Part shown: positions 44,377-53,999 of the stretch, one piece after another
Layout of the letters: each line of letters starts with the position of its first letter
Numbering within the stretch: position 1 is the stretch's first letter
Assembly (NCBI GenBank): GCA_964515905.1
Contig: CAZEWK010000072.1
Location: forward strand, 3,675-67,674
Reading direction: 5' to 3'
From: an uncultured Rhodospirillaceae bacterium
Lineage (GTDB): Bacteria > Pseudomonadota > Alphaproteobacteria > UBA7887
Length of the DNA: 64,000 nt
The notes under the pieces: generated by a model
What the model saw: the letters and a program-made list of their open reading frames with translations, nothing else
What the model was told of the DNA's origin: nothing
The model's database searches: none
Position numbers and translations under genes: made by a program

Positions 44377-46692
44377 CTACTTACTATTTCGATCGAGCTT
44401 CATCAGGAGAGGAGGCAGGAACAAGAAATCCGCTATCAAGGCAAATGCGATCGTTACGGAGCTTAAAAGTCCCATATCCGAGTTCACTTTAAAGCTTGAA
44501 ATGGCTAATGCACCAAACCCTGTAACCAACGTAACGGATGTGATAGAGAGGGCTACCCCGACAGTTCTAAATGCGTATCGAGTTGCTTCAACGCTATTCA
44601 TTCCGAGCTCTCTCTGCGCTCGCAAGTATTTGCTCAAAAAATGAACCGTGTCATCTACCACAATCCCAAGGGTCATGGCCAAGACAATAGCTATTGATAA
44701 ACCAACATTCCCATTGAAATACCCCCATAACCCAAAAGCCATCGCGGCAGGGAATAAATTTGGGATCAAACTTAGTAAACCCATCTTTAGGCTACGTAAC
44801 GCAAATATAAGAATGAGGGATATTACGAATAGTGCGGTGATGGATCCCCCTAACATAGATTCTATATTGCGACCGGAGATGTGCGAAAACACTACCGATA
44901 ACCCCGTCCCTGGCGCATGTGCTTTTGGCATATTCTCTGACAACCATTTTTGTGCGCGAGCGTCCAGTTGCCGGATTTCCTTCGAGGAAATTTCTTTCAC
45001 CGAGACCATAAGCTGACTTGCCGACTTTGGAACATTAATTTGGTTATTCAAATCCAGGCCGTACGGTAACGACATTTCGTATAGGAGAAGATATTGTGCC
45101 GCGAGATCGCGCTCCTCTGGGAGACTATAAAATGCGGGATCATCACCATTCATACTTTGATTAAGCCGCTTAAAAACTTCGGTAATCGCTGCCACATGTG
45201 TGACTTTAGGCTGGGATTTGAACCATCGTCCGAAATTTTCCAAGTTCCTAAGGTATTCGGGATCCGAAATGCCACCTTCTTCCAGAGCCGGGACAGAGTA
45301 CTGTAGCATTTGCAAGCCATTCAAATTCGCTTCTGTAAAGTCCGATGTCACACGGATAGGAACGGAAGTATCAAAATACTTTAGAAAATTGTCATCTAAG
45401 TCTATCCGGGAAATTCCGAATACCAGCAACACGATGGCGGCTCCTGTACCCCAAAAGAGTTTGTCCCGGTTGGTCACAACAAAGTTAGCAAGCCCATCCA
45501 TCACACGGCTTCCAATGCCGCTGCCTTCGGGGACTCTAGCCGGTAAAATAGCGATCAAGGCAGGCAATAAAGTTACAGAAAGAACGAAAGCAGCCATGAC
45601 CCCAGTAGCAACGATGTTTCCGAGCAAACGGAATGGCGGGGCGTCAGAAAAATTCATGCACAGAAATCCTATGGCGGTGGTAATGCTAGTAATAAATACT
45701 GGCGCAATATTAATTCTTAGCGCCTCAACCAATGCATCGTTTTTTTCAGTGCCCCCCTGCATAGACAACCGCATACTAGCTAGTATATGGACACTATGCG
45801 CCACAGAGAGCGTAAGAATGATAATTGGCGATATCTCCGAAGAAGGCGCAAGCACGGCCTTAGCCCAACCAAAAACCCCCAAAGCTCCAAACACGGACAT
45901 AAGTATTACCACCAAAGTTGCAAAAGTGCCCGAAATAGTCCGTGTTGAAATCCCTATAATCACTAATATGAACAAGAACATTAGTGGAAACAAAGTTTGA
46001 AGGTCTTTCATTGGTATCTCGACGAAAGCCATATTGAGAGCAACGCTACCTTGAAGATAGACTTCAATATTTGGGTATCTCGCTTCAAACCTTTCCTTGA
46101 GACCACGAGCAAAAACCATAATTTCAGGGACTTCATTAAGGGACTTCTCTGGCTTGATAACCAGCACCTGTACTGCCGTAACGTGTGCTTCACGTGACAA
46201 CAACCTACCAACCAGCGCTGGCCGATCCATAGCAACTGCTCGAACGTCAGCGAGTTCTTCATCATTGTATGCCACAGCGCCCTGGACTAGGTCATGAACG
46301 ACCAGATCATCCCCATCTGCTCGTGTATTTTGATAATTGCTAACGGAGTCGACCCGGGTTGAGTAGGGTGTTTGCCAACTCTGTTCGGTAAGCCATTCAA
46401 CAGCGTTTAGAGTATCGCGAGTAAATACATTTCTGTCCTTCGGCACTAAAATGAACAGTAAATTCTCTGTTTTCACGTACGTATTTTCAAGTTGTTCAAG
46501 AGCTAATAGGTGGGGATTTTCCTCACTGAAAAAAACTCGTGCATCTGGATTCATTGTTAAAAAACGAATGCCCGAAGCAGCCACCAAAAAGAGTGATAGC
46601 GACAACGTGAGAACCAACCAACGATTCCGAGTGACCCATCGGCCGTACAAAACAGCACTCGTGTCAGATCCAGTAGAGATTATATCGGGCAT
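44377..46692 (-). CDS. MMPL/RND-superfamily exporter (two 6-TM bundles, each preceded by a periplasmic domain)
   Basis: 771 aa. Topology of N-terminal TM, periplasmic domain, 5 TM, second periplasmic domain, 6 TM. SSD-like TM region. No AcrB-type docking domain. Confidence 0.8.
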   Translation of the reverse strand: MPDIISTGSDTSAVLYGRWVTRNRWLVLTLSLSLFLVAASGIRFLTMNPDARVFFSEENPHLLALEQLENTYVKTENLLFILVPKDRNVFTRDTLNAVEWLTEQSWQTPYSTRVDSVSNYQNTRADGDDLVVHDLVQGAVAYNDEELADVRAVAMDRPALVGRLLSREAHVTAVQVLVIKPEKSLNEVPEIMVFARGLKERFEARYPNIEVYLQGSVALNMAFVEIPMKDLQTLFPLMFLFILVIIGISTRTISGTFATLVVILMSVFGALGVFGWAKAVLAPSSEISPIIILTLSVAHSVHILASMRLSMQGGTEKNDALVEALRINIAPVFITSITTAIGFLCMNFSDAPPFRLLGNIVATGVMAAFVLSVTLLPALIAILPARVPEGSGIGSRVMDGLANFVVTNRDKLFWGTGAAIVLLVFGISRIDLDDNFLKYFDTSVPIRVTSDFTEANLNGLQMLQYSVPALEEGGISDPEYLRNLENFGRWFKSQPKVTHVAAITEVFKRLNQSMNGDDPAFYSLPEERDLAAQYLLLYEMSLPYGLDLNNQINVPKSASQLMVSVKEISSKEIRQLDARAQKWLSENMPKAHAPGTGLSVVFSHISGRNIESMLGGSITALFVISLILIFALRSLKMGLLSLIPNLFPAAMAFGLWGYFNGNVGLSIAIVLAMTLGIVVDDTVHFLSKYLRAQRELGMNSVEATRYAFRTVGVALSITSVTLVTGFGALAISSFKVNSDMGLLSSVTIAFALIADFLFLPPLLMKLDRNSK

Positions 46693-46767
46693 TAGTTTGT
46701 TCCCTTGCTATAAATTTCGGACAAAGACTTTGCCGATTTAAAATCGTTTTACAATGGAATAAATTTT

Positions 46768-48195
46768 TTAGTCCTCGAGTATCATTTTTCGGGCGGTTAT
46801 TTTTATTTGATCCCAAAGAGCTTCTACATGGCACCACCTAGTTCTAGTTTGGCCGATCGAAATTCGAATTGTAAAAACACCATTTAATCTCGTATGGGTT
46901 ATATAAGCTCCACCACCACTATTGATTCTTTCAACGAGCCGTTCATTCAAGCAATCCAACTGTTTTGATTTTCTCTGTCCTTGGGGACAATACCGAAAGC
47001 AAACGAGAGCTAGTGGCGTTGGAGCAAGGCATTCAAAATCGCGTTCCAAGTCAATTAACCGAGCCAGTTCTTGCGCATATTTGATATGGGTACGAACCAT
47101 ATCACGGAGCTGCTCTATCCCATAAGAACGAAGTACGAACCAAAGCTTCAATGCCCGGAATCTCCGTCCCAAGGGTACACCCCAATCTCGATAATTACGT
47201 TCAGTGCTTCCCCTCAAGCTTTTCAAATACTCCGGAAGAATTGACAAAGTTTTGAGTAATACCTCCGGGGATTTCACAAAATACGCTGAACAATCAAAGT
47301 TTGTGAACAACCACTTATGGGGGTTAAATACAAAACTGTCGACGCCCTCCACTCCCTCAATCATCCAACGAAACTCGGGGTTGATCAAAGCGCTCCCAGC
47401 CCAAGCGGCATCAACATGAAGCCACACTTGGTGTCGCTTGCAAATATTTGCAATCTCCTTCAACGGGTCGATCGCCGAACTACTCGTGGTTCCCAATACG
47501 GCAACAACACAAATTGGCAGCCGCCCCGCAGCTATATCAACCTCTATGGCTTCTGTCAGCGCACGTGTGTCCATTGCAAAACTGTCGGTTACCGGCACTT
47601 GACGGAAGTTATTTTCCCCTAAGCCAGCAATCCTGACATTCTTCTCAACAGATGAATGGCACTCGGTTGAACCATATATGATCATTTTTGGCCCACCGCT
47701 CAAACCGGAAGAATTGCCTTGCCAATTTGTTGCACGCTCACGAGCACTGAGAATTGCACATAACGTTGCGGAAGACGCCGAATCTTGGATAACACCCTCA
47801 AATTGAGAAGGAAGCCCTATGAGTACGCGCAGCCACTCCATCATACGGTGCTCCAACTCCGTACCCGCCGGAGATGTTTCCCAACTCATACATTGTGCAC
47901 CGATTGTGGCAGTAAGCATCTCTGCCAATACCGACGGAGGGCTGGAATTAGCAGGAAAGTAGGCAAAGAAGGAGGGGTGTTGCCAGTGCGACATACCGGG
48001 AAGAATGATTTCCTTAAAATCGTCAAAAATTTGTTGAAACTCTTCGCCTTCTATGGGCGCTTCCAGTGGTAATCGTTCCGATATCTCATTGAAACCAACT
48101 TGTGACCGAACTGGATAAGCCTCTATATTATTTAAATAATCTGCCATCCAGTCTACCAATCCATGAGCGTTTCTCCGGAAATTTTCGATATCCAT
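46768..48195 (-). CDS. Aromatic-L-amino-acid decarboxylase (PLP-dependent group II decarboxylase, DDC/TyrDC-like)
   Basis: NPHKWLFTNFDCSAYFVK (PLP-Lys) and WGVPLGRRFRALKLWFVLRSYG closely parallel the DOPA decarboxylase sequence. 475 aa. Confidence 0.85.
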   Translation of the reverse strand: MDIENFRRNAHGLVDWMADYLNNIEAYPVRSQVGFNEISERLPLEAPIEGEEFQQIFDDFKEIILPGMSHWQHPSFFAYFPANSSPPSVLAEMLTATIGAQCMSWETSPAGTELEHRMMEWLRVLIGLPSQFEGVIQDSASSATLCAILSARERATNWQGNSSGLSGGPKMIIYGSTECHSSVEKNVRIAGLGENNFRQVPVTDSFAMDTRALTEAIEVDIAAGRLPICVVAVLGTTSSSAIDPLKEIANICKRHQVWLHVDAAWAGSALINPEFRWMIEGVEGVDSFVFNPHKWLFTNFDCSAYFVKSPEVLLKTLSILPEYLKSLRGSTERNYRDWGVPLGRRFRALKLWFVLRSYGIEQLRDMVRTHIKYAQELARLIDLERDFECLAPTPLALVCFRYCPQGQRKSKQLDCLNERLVERINSGGGAYITHTRLNGVFTIRISIGQTRTRWCHVEALWDQIKITARKMILED

Positions 48196-48252
48196 TTCTC
48201 AAACCTTTACAAAAAGTTTAACCGTATTATCAATTAGTAACCGTACATCATA

Positions 48253-48918
48253 ATGAATGACCCGCTTATCAAAATGAAGAAGATACTGACACATACTGCT
48301 AACCCCCCACCTTATTGGGCAAAGGCCCGGCGATTTCTGCTAAAAGAAGATCCTATTCTTGCTGAGATCTTAAAACGCCATCGTTCTGAAAAACTAATTC
48401 CTCGAAAAGACGCTTTCTTGTCACTTGCCCGATCCATTGTGGGACAACAGATATCGGTCAAGGCCGCCCAAAGCGTGTGGGATAAGTTATCCGTGGAACT
48501 TAGAGAAATAACTTCTGTAACCGTTGCTTCAACTAAAATAGAGCGCCTGAGAAGATGTGGGCTTTCAAAACAAAAGGCCTCTTATCTTCTAGAACTAGCA
48601 ATGCATTTTGATCAAGGTTCTATTAATATCAAAGAATGGCAAAACCTAGACGATCAAGAAATAGTGAAGCTGTTAACAAAATTCAGAGGAATTGGGCCTT
48701 GGACAGCAGAAATGTTCTTAATTTTTCATATGGAACGACCTGACGTTTTTCCTATAGCAGATCTCGGAGTCCAAAAAGCAATGCGTGTGCATTTCAACAA
48801 CGGAAAAACAATGTCAAAAGAAAAAATGGTGGCTAGAGCCGAGCAATGGAGGCCGTGGCGATCTGTTGCGGTATGGTATTTATGGCGGAGTTTGGATCCT
48901 TTGCCCGTCGATTATTGA
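48253..48918 (+). CDS. alkA: DNA-3-methyladenine glycosylase II-like HhH-GPD base-excision repair protein
   Basis: IVGQQISVKAAQSVWDKL. HhH-GPD motif FRGIGPWTAEMFLIF...D (catalytic Asp). 221 aa. Confidence 0.75.
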   Translation: MNDPLIKMKKILTHTANPPPYWAKARRFLLKEDPILAEILKRHRSEKLIPRKDAFLSLARSIVGQQISVKAAQSVWDKLSVELREITSVTVASTKIERLRRCGLSKQKASYLLELAMHFDQGSINIKEWQNLDDQEIVKLLTKFRGIGPWTAEMFLIFHMERPDVFPIADLGVQKAMRVHFNNGKTMSKEKMVARAEQWRPWRSVAVWYLWRSLDPLPVDY

Positions 48919-49032
48919 AGGAAGACGTCTATATACAAGTGCAAGATCGGTTACATCACCTCGAAATATGATATAAGTCGAAGTTATAAGGTCACGTACT
49001 TGAGCGCATCCAGCCCCTGGGATCATTAATAA

Positions 49033-50136
49033 ATGAATGCACTAGTAGTAAAAACGGCTATTTTGGCGGCACTAATCGTATTCTATGCTCGTCCCTTAAG
49101 CGCGCAACAAGAAGCCATAGTGGGAGTTGATCAGGTAATACTAGAGCCACTATCACAGACACAACCAATCATCGGACAATTCGTGGCCCGTCAGGCAGGT
49201 ATAGTGTCGGCAAGAGTCGCGGGAACCGTGACCGAGGTGCGCATGGACGTCGGAGACCGTGTCCAACTGGGCGACATTTTGGCCATTATAGATCTCGACA
49301 GAATGACCCTTCTCAGAAACGCGGCAAAAGCGCGATCGGATCAGGCGAAGGCCCAGGAGGATGCGGCACTCGCACGATTTAATAAACGCCAAAATGAATT
49401 ATCCCGTATTGAAGGCATCAGGGACTCTGCTGCCTACAGCGAAGCAAAACATGACGAAGCAATCCAAAATGTTTTCGAGGCAGAGGCTGAAGCAGTTGCT
49501 GCAACAGCACGGTTTGTAGAAGCTCATGCCATGTCTATGCTGGCCGAAGGAAATTTAATCAATGCCCGAGTGCGAGCACCATACGACGGCGTAGTGCGGA
49601 CACGCTACACTGAAAAAGGCTCTTATCTAAAGACTGGAGATCCTGTGCTGGATCTTGTCAACGACACAGACATCGAAATCGAGGTATTCGTCCCTTCTAA
49701 TAGAGTACCTGGATTAATACCTGGCACACGCATTCAAATTCAACCTTCCGACGGAACCACACAAACAGCAGTTGTGCGTGGTATTGGCGCCGAAGAGAAT
49801 TCGGCTTCTAGGACTAGGCTAATCCGATTCGTTCCTGAAATAATGGAAGGGGCAAAATACGGAGTAGGAGAATCGGTTGATGCCCTTCTACCGTTGGGAT
49901 TACCAAGGGACACGGTTACAGTGCACAAGGATGCAGTCCTAAAACGCCAAGGGATGTCTCTAGTATATGTAGTAGACGAAGAGAACACTGCACAGATTCG
50001 ACCGGTTGACCTCGGGGATGCAATCGGAACTCGCTTTGAGGTTCTTTCAGGGCTATCCGTTGGCGAAACCGTGGTTACGAGAGGAAATGAGCGGTTGAGG
50101 CCAGGGCAAGCCGTTCGGCTTGGAAGCGAAGAATAA
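49033..50136 (+). CDS. RND efflux periplasmic adaptor (membrane fusion protein, HlyD/AcrA family)
   Basis: Signal peptide. Coiled-coil hairpin. Lipoyl and beta-barrel domains. Immediately precedes the RND pump, whose ATG directly follows the stop. Confidence 0.85.
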   Translation: MNALVVKTAILAALIVFYARPLSAQQEAIVGVDQVILEPLSQTQPIIGQFVARQAGIVSARVAGTVTEVRMDVGDRVQLGDILAIIDLDRMTLLRNAAKARSDQAKAQEDAALARFNKRQNELSRIEGIRDSAAYSEAKHDEAIQNVFEAEAEAVAATARFVEAHAMSMLAEGNLINARVRAPYDGVVRTRYTEKGSYLKTGDPVLDLVNDTDIEIEVFVPSNRVPGLIPGTRIQIQPSDGTTQTAVVRGIGAEENSASRTRLIRFVPEIMEGAKYGVGESVDALLPLGLPRDTVTVHKDAVLKRQGMSLVYVVDEENTAQIRPVDLGDAIGTRFEVLSGLSVGETVVTRGNERLRPGQAVRLGSEE

Positions 50137-53100
50137 ATGGGCCTCATACGAATTTCCATTGGCCGACCAACTGCAGTCGTAGCAGCAGTTCTAATGATCC
50201 TGATATTTGGGTTTTTAGCACTCCAACGCATCCCGATCCAGTTAACCCCAGATGTCCGCAAACCCGTCATAACGGTCACAACACAATGGGCCGGTGGTTC
50301 ACCTGTCGAGATGGAACGAGAGGTGATCAACCGTCAAGAAGAAGTTATCAAAGGAATAGAAGGCATAACAAAAGTAGAAAGCCGGTCGCAAGATGGACGT
50401 GGGACCCTTACGCTAGAATTTGAGATTGATAGCGATATGAACCGAGCTCTCTTAATAGTTTCAAATCGTCTTAACCAAATTACTGGGTATCCTGAAGAAG
50501 CGAACGAACCTGTAATTGATACTTCGGGACTTGAAGATAATCCAATCGCCTGGTTCATCTTGAGCAGACTACCCGGCAATAACCGCGCTTTAGAAACCTA
50601 CGGCGATTTCTCTGAAGATGTTATTCAGGAACGGTTGGAGAGGGTTACCGGCGTTTCTCGCACAAATGTTTATGGCGGTAGCGAGAGCGAAATGAGAATC
50701 ATTATTGACCCAGACAAATTAGCGCGCTACCGCCTAACCGTGCCCGACGTTGTTTCCGCCCTCCGAGTAGCAAACTCTTCTATTTCAGCCGGCGACATTG
50801 ACGAAGGAAAGCGTCGATATGTTGTGCGCACAGAGGGAGAATTGCAGTCCGTAGAACAGGTGCGCGATGTAGTAGTAACTAGTGCAGAAACAGAGACCAG
50901 AGGTGGTATTGGAAGGGTAACAATTGGCGATATCGCTGATGTCCGTTTTATGTTCAAAGAACCGAGACACAAGATTCGTTTTCTTGGCGATGAGGCTATC
51001 GCCGTCAACGCCATAAGAGCAACTGGCGCCAATGTTATAGAAACGATGGACGGCATTTACCAAGCTGTCGAAGAGCTTAATGAATATGCTCTGCCCCAAG
51101 CCGGATTAGAAATCGCGCAAGTCTATGACGAGACCATATACATTAATTCTGCAATTTCTCTTGTCCAACAAAACATCTATGTGGGTGGCACCTTCGCTGT
51201 ACTCATTCTTATTTGTTTTCTCCGTTCGTTCAGAGCGACATTAATCGTATCCATGGCAATACCCGTATCCGTAGTTGCATCTTTTGTCGCCATGGCGGCA
51301 ATGGGAAGATCTATAAATGTGATTTCCTTAGCCGGTATTGCTTTCGCCGTTGGAATGGTTGTGGATGCCGCAATCGTTGTGCTCGAAAATATCTACCGCC
51401 ATCGAGAAAATGGGATGACTTCACAAGATGCAGCCATGGAGGGTACGAAACAGGTATGGTCCGCCGTCCTTGTATCTGCATTAACTACGGTTCTGGTTTT
51501 CATTCCAATATTAGTAATGCAATTGGAGGCAGGCCAACTATTTAGAGACATTGCAGTAGCAATTTCTGTAGCTGTCCTGATGTCCTTACTCGTTTCTATC
51601 ACAATGATACCAGCGCTCTCAAAACGCCTATTAAAGGAGCCGCGACCGCCAGCAACTCGAATATCGATACCCGTCATCGATACACTGGCACGCGGCTTTG
51701 CAGGAATTTTGCTGCGATATACAGGGTTAATTACTAAAAACAGAATGGCGTCGGCACTGATCGTTGTAACACTCGTGTTTGGAACTGGGACCTCTGGATA
51801 TTTGTTTCTACCAAAGTTGGAATATCTCCCCGAAGGGAATAGAAATCTAATTTTTGGCGTAATGCTGCCGCCTCCGGGATACAATCTAGATACAATGAAC
51901 AGCATTGCCACAAGAATAGAGGACAAAGTACGCCATCTCTGGTCAAGTGTAACAGGGCCAGTCGCCGAACCCGGCGCACCGCCAAAAATTGGAAATTTCT
52001 TCTTTGTAGCCTTCCCGAACATGGCTTTTTTCGGAGCCGGCGCCGTCGATCGTACTCGCGTTGCTGAGCTCATTCCGGTTCTGACTGGCACTCTATACGA
52101 CGAGCCCGGAACCTACGGATTCTTCAATCAGCCTAGTTTATTCAGCAGAGATATAGGTGGGGCGAGAACTGTTGCTCTTGATATTTCTGGCCCTAACCTA
52201 GAATCTGTAATTACGATCGCACAGAAAGCTGCTGGCATCATTGGAGGTATTTTTCCACGTTCTGAAGGCCACCAAATGAGGCCAAAACCTGGTCTTGAAC
52301 TGGGTGCACCCGAAATTCGCCTCTACCCTAACCGAGTTCTCCTAGCAGATAACGGAGTTAACGCTCTCGCACTGGGCCAAAGTGTGGACGCATTTAATGA
52401 TGGCCTTCGGGTCACCGAAATTACGGTCGACGGACGAAGAATTGATCTGACATTGCGAGGCCAAGAAAATAAAATCGATCGCACGCAGGGGCTAGAAAAT
52501 TTACCAGTAGTGACACCAGACGGGCGCATCCTACCTGTCAGCTCCTTAGCCGACATCGAGCTGACCGCGGGCCCCACAGAGATTCGACATTTAGAACGAG
52601 AAAGAACCGTGACACTGCAAATCATGCCTACAGCAGCGGTTGCGCTCGAGGAAGCCATTCATATGGTTGAAACACAAGTGATCGAACCATTAGAATCGGA
52701 GGGGCTCCCAACAGGAGTCGCTATAGGGTTATCTGGAACAGCAGACCAATTAAGTCAAACTTTCGATGCGATGATAGTTAACCTTATCGTCGCAATTGTC
52801 ATTGTATACTTGTTAATGGCCGTTTTATTCGAGAGTTTTCTATATCCTGCCATCATCATGCTTTCAGTACCGACCGCTCTAGCTGGTGGTGTTCTTGGAC
52901 TTGGACTATTGAACCTCCTATATCTCCAACCTTTAGATATGCTCACACTTTTGGGATTCACGATCCTTGTTGGTATTGTGGTAAACAATGCGATTTTATT
53001 GGTTCACCAAACCCTGTACCACATAAGAAACGATGGCAGCGAGGTCCGTGCTGCCATTCTTGAGGCAACACGGAATAGGTTGCGACCAATCTTCATGTCA

Positions 53101-53322
53101 ACTTTGACGAGCGTGTTCGGCATGCTTCCGTTGGTATTGGTACCAGGCGCTGGATCCGAGTTATACCGGGGACTCGGGTCTGTCGTAGTAGGTGGATTGT
53201 CACTTTCGGCACTCCTCACCTTGCTAATGGTCCCTCCATTATTAGCTATCTTCATAAGGGATGAAAAAGCAGAAACTAAAGGCTTTGCTCCTGCCTCTCC
53301 TGTTAAGTCTATCGCTGAATAA
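50137..53322 (+). CDS. RND multidrug efflux permease of the AcrB/AcrD/AcrF family
   Basis: 1061 aa. 12 TM. Two large periplasmic loops. Conserved AcrB TM4/TM10 regions. Confidence 0.95.
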   Translation: MGLIRISIGRPTAVVAAVLMILIFGFLALQRIPIQLTPDVRKPVITVTTQWAGGSPVEMEREVINRQEEVIKGIEGITKVESRSQDGRGTLTLEFEIDSDMNRALLIVSNRLNQITGYPEEANEPVIDTSGLEDNPIAWFILSRLPGNNRALETYGDFSEDVIQERLERVTGVSRTNVYGGSESEMRIIIDPDKLARYRLTVPDVVSALRVANSSISAGDIDEGKRRYVVRTEGELQSVEQVRDVVVTSAETETRGGIGRVTIGDIADVRFMFKEPRHKIRFLGDEAIAVNAIRATGANVIETMDGIYQAVEELNEYALPQAGLEIAQVYDETIYINSAISLVQQNIYVGGTFAVLILICFLRSFRATLIVSMAIPVSVVASFVAMAAMGRSINVISLAGIAFAVGMVVDAAIVVLENIYRHRENGMTSQDAAMEGTKQVWSAVLVSALTTVLVFIPILVMQLEAGQLFRDIAVAISVAVLMSLLVSITMIPALSKRLLKEPRPPATRISIPVIDTLARGFAGILLRYTGLITKNRMASALIVVTLVFGTGTSGYLFLPKLEYLPEGNRNLIFGVMLPPPGYNLDTMNSIATRIEDKVRHLWSSVTGPVAEPGAPPKIGNFFFVAFPNMAFFGAGAVDRTRVAELIPVLTGTLYDEPGTYGFFNQPSLFSRDIGGARTVALDISGPNLESVITIAQKAAGIIGGIFPRSEGHQMRPKPGLELGAPEIRLYPNRVLLADNGVNALALGQSVDAFNDGLRVTEITVDGRRIDLTLRGQENKIDRTQGLENLPVVTPDGRILPVSSLADIELTAGPTEIRHLERERTVTLQIMPTAAVALEEAIHMVETQVIEPLESEGLPTGVAIGLSGTADQLSQTFDAMIVNLIVAIVIVYLLMAVLFESFLYPAIIMLSVPTALAGGVLGLGLLNLLYLQPLDMLTLLGFTILVGIVVNNAILLVHQTLYHIRNDGSEVRAAILEATRNRLRPIFMSTLTSVFGMLPLVLVPGAGSELYRGLGSVVVGGLSLSALLTLLMVPPLLAIFIRDEKAETKGFAPASPVKSIAE

Positions 53323-53325
53323 TCG

Positions 53326-53646
53326 TCACACTTGGCCCACTGGAGAGAAACTCGCCGGTATTAACATTTTGCTTTCCTGCTTTAACAAGAACGGTCGCAC
53401 TTTAGGGAGAAATTCTAGCCAACTCGGGTTTTCAAAAAGCTTCTTCCGCCGTTGATTTCTCTCCTCAACACTTTCATATGCCCACATATGAACTACTTGA
53501 TTGAGTTCAGTAAAATCAGTGTAAAAATAACCGACCAAACGTCCGAGAATCTTTTTTTGTACTTCCAACCCATACTGCTCATACTTATCAAGCCACTCTC
53601 CCTGGGTGCCGGGAACTAGCGTATAGGTCCGTTGTTCTACAAACAT
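53326..53646 (-). CDS. NIPSNAP family protein
   Basis: MFVEQRTYTLVPG...VHMWAYESVEER matches the NIPSNAP (PF07110) pattern. Start placed at MFVEQ. Confidence 0.65.
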   Translation of the reverse strand: MFVEQRTYTLVPGTQGEWLDKYEQYGLEVQKKILGRLVGYFYTDFTELNQVVHMWAYESVEERNQRRKKLFENPSWLEFLPKVRPFLLKQESKMLIPASFSPVGQV

Positions 53647-53999
53647 ATTATTCCTCCCTGGAATGCAAAAACATAAAAATTTATTAGGTATTAACAATAC
53701 GGCCTAATCATAATAAGCTCGCCATTATATGACGAACTAAAAATCAGTACAGCTGTACCGCTATAAATACCTGACTCAACAAACTCCGCGTACCACGCTC
53801 TCCTATTGCACACATGTTTGAATCACTTCAAATTCTGGAAATTATGATATGGATGTTTGTTCCGTAAAACGGGACGAAGTAATTGCGGGGTTATTCCAGA
53901 TGAACTATCCGGAATTTTAGTTGGCAAAGCTCGGCGTAAGAATAATCGTGAAAACAAACTAAAGATTAGACTTGATACAACAATACCGTTTTTTGTGTT

